Source: an uncultured Mycoplasmatota bacterium
GTDB lineage: Bacteria; Bacillota_I; Bacilli_A; RF39; UBA660
NCBI GenBank assembly: GCA_945872435.1
Contig: CAMBYP010000001.1
Coordinates: 544 to 64,543 of the forward strand
Length of the DNA: 64,000 bases
Direction: 5' to 3'
The position numbers and the translations under genes are program-made. Positions 60,303 through 64,000 of the stretch are shown here, piece by piece (position 1 is the stretch's first letter; each line of letters begins with the position of its first letter). The notes under the pieces are model-generated. The model saw only the letters and a program-made list of their open reading frames with translations, had not been told where the DNA came from and did not search any database.

Positions 60303-61076
60303 TTATCTAGTCTTTATTTTTGGTTTTTGATATTTTTCAATCAGTTGCTCGATAATAAGTCTTAAGTGTTGATTTCTTTTATTATTCCATTGAAAGTCAT
60401 TGTGCATAATTTTTAATTTCCCATCTAATAATCCAGCTTTGTTGAGTGATATATAAGCATCTTGATAAGCCTTTCTATAAATTTCATGATCTTTCGTATT
60501 GTTTTCATCCGCTCTTCTTTTCAATGCTTCATTCATTTGTTGGACAGTTCTCATGATTAATAAGAAGTATTCATCTTCGTTTTGGTGAATTCTTTGATAA
60601 ACTTGTTTTGTTCTATTTTCTTTTGATAATGAAAGTATTTTTGGATTAGAAAATACTTGTGGATCTCTATCTTGAGCAACAATTCCTTTTCTTATAAAAT
60701 AACGAACAATAGATGATTTTCCAGTTCCTTTCGCACCTTCTACAACTATACGAAATGGTTGAACATTTTTTAAAATTGATTCATGCGATTGATAATATAC
60801 AAGGTTTGTTACATCAACAAGGCCTTTTTTATTGGTATTTCTAGTTTGCTCTGGAATAAAGTTTTTTAAATCATTTGTTTGACTTGTTACTGTTAAAAGA
60901 ATCAAATGATGTGGTAATTTATAATAATCAACTGTTATATTTTTATCTTCATCTAAAAAGAAATAACGATTAAAATCAGTTTCTTCTTGTTTGCCAATAT
61001 ATTCAAGTGTCTTTAAGTAACTGTCTATACCTCCTGAACATCCGATTCTAGTTGCAACATATTTTTTTTGATACAT
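60303..61076 (-). CDS. P-loop NTPase, hypothetical (nucleotide kinase-like)
   Basis: Walker A VVEGAKGTGKSS in mid-protein. 257 aa. No further family assignment. Confidence 0.45.
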   Translation of the reverse strand: MYQKKYVATRIGCSGGIDSYLKTLEYIGKQEETDFNRYFFLDEDKNITVDYYKLPHHLILLTVTSQTNDLKNFIPEQTRNTNKKGLVDVTNLVYYQSHESILKNVQPFRIVVEGAKGTGKSSIVRYFIRKGIVAQDRDPQVFSNPKILSLSKENRTKQVYQRIHQNEDEYFLLIMRTVQQMNEALKRRADENNTKDHEIYRKAYQDAYISLNKAGLLDGKLKIMHNDFQWNNKRNQHLRLIIEQLIEKYQKPKIKTR

Positions 61077-61161
61077 GTCAAAGCCCCCTTTTTGTACAAC
61101 GTATTTTAATAAAAACTTTATTTTTTGTCAAATTGAGATATAATGAGTTTGAGGTGATAGT

Positions 61162-61722
61162 ATGAACAAAATCATATATGCAACTACGAATCAATTAAAG
61201 TTAGATATGGCGAGATATGTATTAGAACCTATGGGGTTTGAAGTAATTGGAAAAAAGATAAATGATTTAGAAGAATTACAATTAAATTCTATAGAGGAAG
61301 TAGCAATTGATTCATCAAGACGTGCCTATCAAATATTAAATTGTCCGGTATTAAAAAATGATTCAGGTTTAGTGATACCTAGTTTAAATGGTTTTCCTGG
61401 ACCTTATAGTAAATATGTAGAAGAAACGATAACAGAAGAGGGAATTTTAAAATTGATGGAAGGAAAAGAAGATAGAAAAGCTTATTTTTTAGATGCTTTA
61501 GCTTATACAGAAAATGGAAAAACGACTGTTTTTATTTCAAAATCATGGGGAATTATTGCAAAACAAAAAGAAGGTACTTATGGTTATGGTTATGATAATA
61601 TTTTTATTCCTGATGGACAAAATCATACATTAGCAACCATGCCAACTTCTTCAAGACTGCCTTTTTTTAGTAATGAAGCATATTTAAAATTAGGGGAGTA
61701 TTTAAAACAAAAAGAAAACTAA
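61162..61722 (+). CDS. rdgB: non-canonical purine NTP pyrophosphatase (RdgB/Ham1 family)
   Basis: IYATTNQLKL N-terminus. NDSGLVIPSLNGFPGPYS motif. Confidence 0.75.
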   Translation: MNKIIYATTNQLKLDMARYVLEPMGFEVIGKKINDLEELQLNSIEEVAIDSSRRAYQILNCPVLKNDSGLVIPSLNGFPGPYSKYVEETITEEGILKLMEGKEDRKAYFLDALAYTENGKTTVFISKSWGIIAKQKEGTYGYGYDNIFIPDGQNHTLATMPTSSRLPFFSNEAYLKLGEYLKQKEN

Positions 61723-62072
61723 TTATTGTTTTCTTTTTGTTTTTGAATCCATGTCATAATGATATTGACAATATATTGTTGTTCATTTTTAGAAAGTTCA
61801 TGCCCTTTTTTGATATGATGCCATTTTTCGAGACATCCTCTGCAACAGGTTGCAGTTGCATGTTGAGCAATAAATACTGGATGTCCTTTCATAGGAGTTT
61901 GTCTTCCATCATTTTTAATATCTGCTTTTGAAAGACGTTTTTGAACAAAATCTTTTGCATGTTCTTGGATTGTATCTAAACCTTTTTGATGGATATAATT
62001 CCAATCTTTTTGTGTAAGTTTCCATTTACTTCTAAATGGTGATTTAGAAAGTCTATACCAAATATCGTTCAT
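61719..62072 (-). CDS. DUF4186-like protein, hypothetical
   Basis: Conserved-looking Cys/His cluster (ATATCCRGCLEKWHHI). 117 aa. Confidence 0.45.
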   Translation of the reverse strand: MNDIWYRLSKSPFRSKWKLTQKDWNYIHQKGLDTIQEHAKDFVQKRLSKADIKNDGRQTPMKGHPVFIAQHATATCCRGCLEKWHHIKKGHELSKNEQQYIVNIIMTWIQKQKENNN

Positions 62073-62195
62073 ATGATTCCTTCTTTCTTATATATTATAA
62101 CATTTTCTTGGTAATTATTTTTATTTGTGGTATCATATAACGTACGTTTATTGCTATCAACAAAAATTTATATTATAATGAAAAGAGGTGGTTTT

Positions 62196-63182
62196 ATGTG
62201 GCAAATCGGTGATGTTAAGATTCAAAATCGTGTAGTACTTGCTCCTATGGCAGGAGTTTGTAACAGCGCCTACCGAAAGATTGTAAAAGAGATGGGGTGT
62301 GGTCTTATTTATGCTGAAATGGTAAGTGATAAAGCAATTTATTATGGAAGTAAAAAAACATTAGAAATGCTTTTCATGGAAGAAGTAGAAAGGCCAATTA
62401 CCCAACAAATTTTTGGAAGTGATAAAGAGTCATTTGTTGCTGCTGCAAAATACATTTATGAAACGATGAAGCCAGATATTATTGATATTAATATGGGGTG
62501 CCCTGTTCCTAAAGTAGCATTAAAATCACAGGCTGGAAGTGCTCTTTTAAAAGATCCTGATAAAGTAAAAGAGATTGTATCAGCCGTTGTGGCTAGTGTT
62601 CCAATCCCTATTACGGTCAAAATTCGAAGTGGATGGGATAGTGAACATATTAACGCGGTAGAAATTGCTAAGATCTGTGAAGAAGCAGGCGCTAAAGCGA
62701 TTGCTGTGCATGGACGAACAAGAAGTCAAGGATATAGTGGTCTTGCCGATTGGTCTATTATTAAAAAAGTAAAAGAAGCTGTATCAATTCCTGTGATTGG
62801 AAATGGCGATATAAAAAGTTGTTATGATGCTTCGAAGATGTTAAAAGAAACTGGCTGTGATGCTGTTATGATAGGACGTGGTTGTCTTGGCAATCCATGG
62901 TTAATAAGAGATTGTGTAGAATATTTAGAATACGGAATAAAACCTCGTGAGGTAACGATAATAGAACGTTTTCAAATGATAGAAAAACATTTAGAATATT
63001 TATTAAAAATAAAGCCGGAGAAAGTAGCCATTTTGGAACTTCGTACACATGCTGCATGGTATTTAAAATATGTACCACATAGTAATTCATTAAAACAAGA
63101 TTTATTTCAGGCTACTACAAAGGAAGAAGTATTGAAATTATTAAAAGAATTTAAAAGGGAGAATGGATATGAAAATGATTAG
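62196..63182 (+). CDS. dusB: tRNA-dihydrouridine synthase
   Basis: VLAPMAGV and GCP(V)PKV motifs of the Dus family. GAGGTGG RBS. Conserved position upstream of lysS. Confidence 0.85.
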   Translation: MWQIGDVKIQNRVVLAPMAGVCNSAYRKIVKEMGCGLIYAEMVSDKAIYYGSKKTLEMLFMEEVERPITQQIFGSDKESFVAAAKYIYETMKPDIIDINMGCPVPKVALKSQAGSALLKDPDKVKEIVSAVVASVPIPITVKIRSGWDSEHINAVEIAKICEEAGAKAIAVHGRTRSQGYSGLADWSIIKKVKEAVSIPVIGNGDIKSCYDASKMLKETGCDAVMIGRGCLGNPWLIRDCVEYLEYGIKPREVTIIERFQMIEKHLEYLLKIKPEKVAILELRTHAAWYLKYVPHSNSLKQDLFQATTKEEVLKLLKEFKRENGYEND

Positions 63183-63756
63183 AACAAAGCGAGTTATCGC
63201 ATATTTGATTGATATATTTATTTTATTTGTATTTATTGGTATTGGTGCTATGTTGACAACAGTTTCTGAAAATGAAAAAGCACTTCGTTTAGAATTAAGT
63301 GAGATGAATGAAAAAGCAGTTCAAAGGAACATAAGTGTAACAAGCTACTTATTTCATCTTAGTGAGATAGAACAAGATATTGATAAAGAACATGTAGCGA
63401 TTGGTTTTATTAATTTAGTATTTGTATTTATTTATTTTGTATTTATTCCATATTTTATGGAAGGAAAAACATTTGGTAAAACGATTATGAAAATTCGTGT
63501 TGTTGATGAAAGTGGAGAAGAAGCTAGTATTCATAGTTTAGTGATACGTAATGTTATTTTAAATGGATTACTTTATTTATTTTTATCGATATTATTTATT
63601 TATCTAGTTCCAGGAATTTTATATTTATTTATGATTAGTATTTTAGGAATGATTCAATTAACACTAGTTATTTTAAGTGTTTTTATGGTATTATATAGAA
63701 AAGATGGAATTGGTTTACATGAAAAATTATCACATACAAAGGTGATAGAAGTATAG
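63163..63756 (+). CDS. RDD-family-like membrane protein, hypothetical
   Basis: Three to four TM with an RxxAYLIDxxI N-terminal motif. Confidence 0.45.
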   Translation: MDMKMIRTKRVIAYLIDIFILFVFIGIGAMLTTVSENEKALRLELSEMNEKAVQRNISVTSYLFHLSEIEQDIDKEHVAIGFINLVFVFIYFVFIPYFMEGKTFGKTIMKIRVVDESGEEASIHSLVIRNVILNGLLYLFLSILFIYLVPGILYLFMISILGMIQLTLVILSVFMVLYRKDGIGLHEKLSHTKVIEV

Positions 63757-63767
63757 GAGGAGAAAAC

Positions 63768-64000
63768 ATGGAAGAAAGAAAGTTTACAGAACAAGAATTA
63801 GTTCGTAGAGAAAAAGTAAAAGAATTAGAAAGCTTAGGAATAGATCCATTTGGTCATCGTTTTGAGGTAACTACGAATTCTAAAGAAATTAAAGAAAAAT
63901 ATGCAAAGTATTCAAAAGAAGAATTACATGAAATGAATTTGGAAGAAGTTGTTGTTGCAGGTCGTATTATGACACGTCGCCGTAAAGGAAAAGTTGGATT
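63768..64000 (+). CDS. lysS: lysine--tRNA ligase (5' part; continues beyond the window)
   Basis: N-terminal anticodon-binding region ([16 protein letters not shown]). GGAGG RBS. Confidence 0.85.
   Translation, partial: MEERKFTEQELVRREKVKELESLGIDPFGHRFEVTTNSKEIKEKYAKYSKEELHEMNLEEVVVAGRIMTRRRKGKVG

Overview
This is an AT-rich (about 28-30% GC) low-GC Firmicutes chromosomal segment. It carries Spo0A, an alpha/beta-type small acid-soluble spore protein and EzrA, so it comes from a spore-forming lineage. Compact gene organisation also fits Erysipelotrichia or a clostridial relative.

Most of the window is housekeeping:
- tsaE-tsaB-rimI-tsaD
- pcrA and ligA
- pflB-pflA
- nadK
- rimP-nusA-ylxR-infB and rbfA
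- tyrS behind a T-box leader
- rpsD, ezrA, thiI, clpP
- a glycolytic cluster (gap, pgk, tpiA) interleaved with non-glycolytic genes
- spo0A, rdgB, dusB and the start of lysS

The main accessory feature is an integrated cargo island of about 8.6 kb (roughly 7475..16109). It carries an amino-acid ABC importer, a complete arginine deiminase pathway (arcA-arcB-arcC plus a YfcC-family antiporter) and a terminal large serine recombinase. It has inserted into, and split, the substrate-binding-protein gene of a NitT/TauT-type ABC transporter (SsuA/ThiY-like). The two halves of that gene now lie at 6914..7474 and 16110..16534. This resembles the arginine catabolic mobile element (ACME) logic in staphylococci.

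Other notable items:
- A type IV pilin-like gene is frameshifted in a poly-A tract. It sits in a cluster of extracytoplasmic proteins (a membrane repeat protein and a DUF2233 phosphodiester glycosidase) that share a C-terminal G-[VI]-R-P-x-I motif.
- Two Spo0A-box matches flank spo0A.
- A degenerate duplicate of the GAPDH N-terminal domain lies immediately upstream of gap.
- A leader peptide with tandem terminators precedes an ABC exporter.
- A kinase-like ORF is translationally coupled to tyrS.

I did not see rRNA, tRNA or CRISPR arrays.
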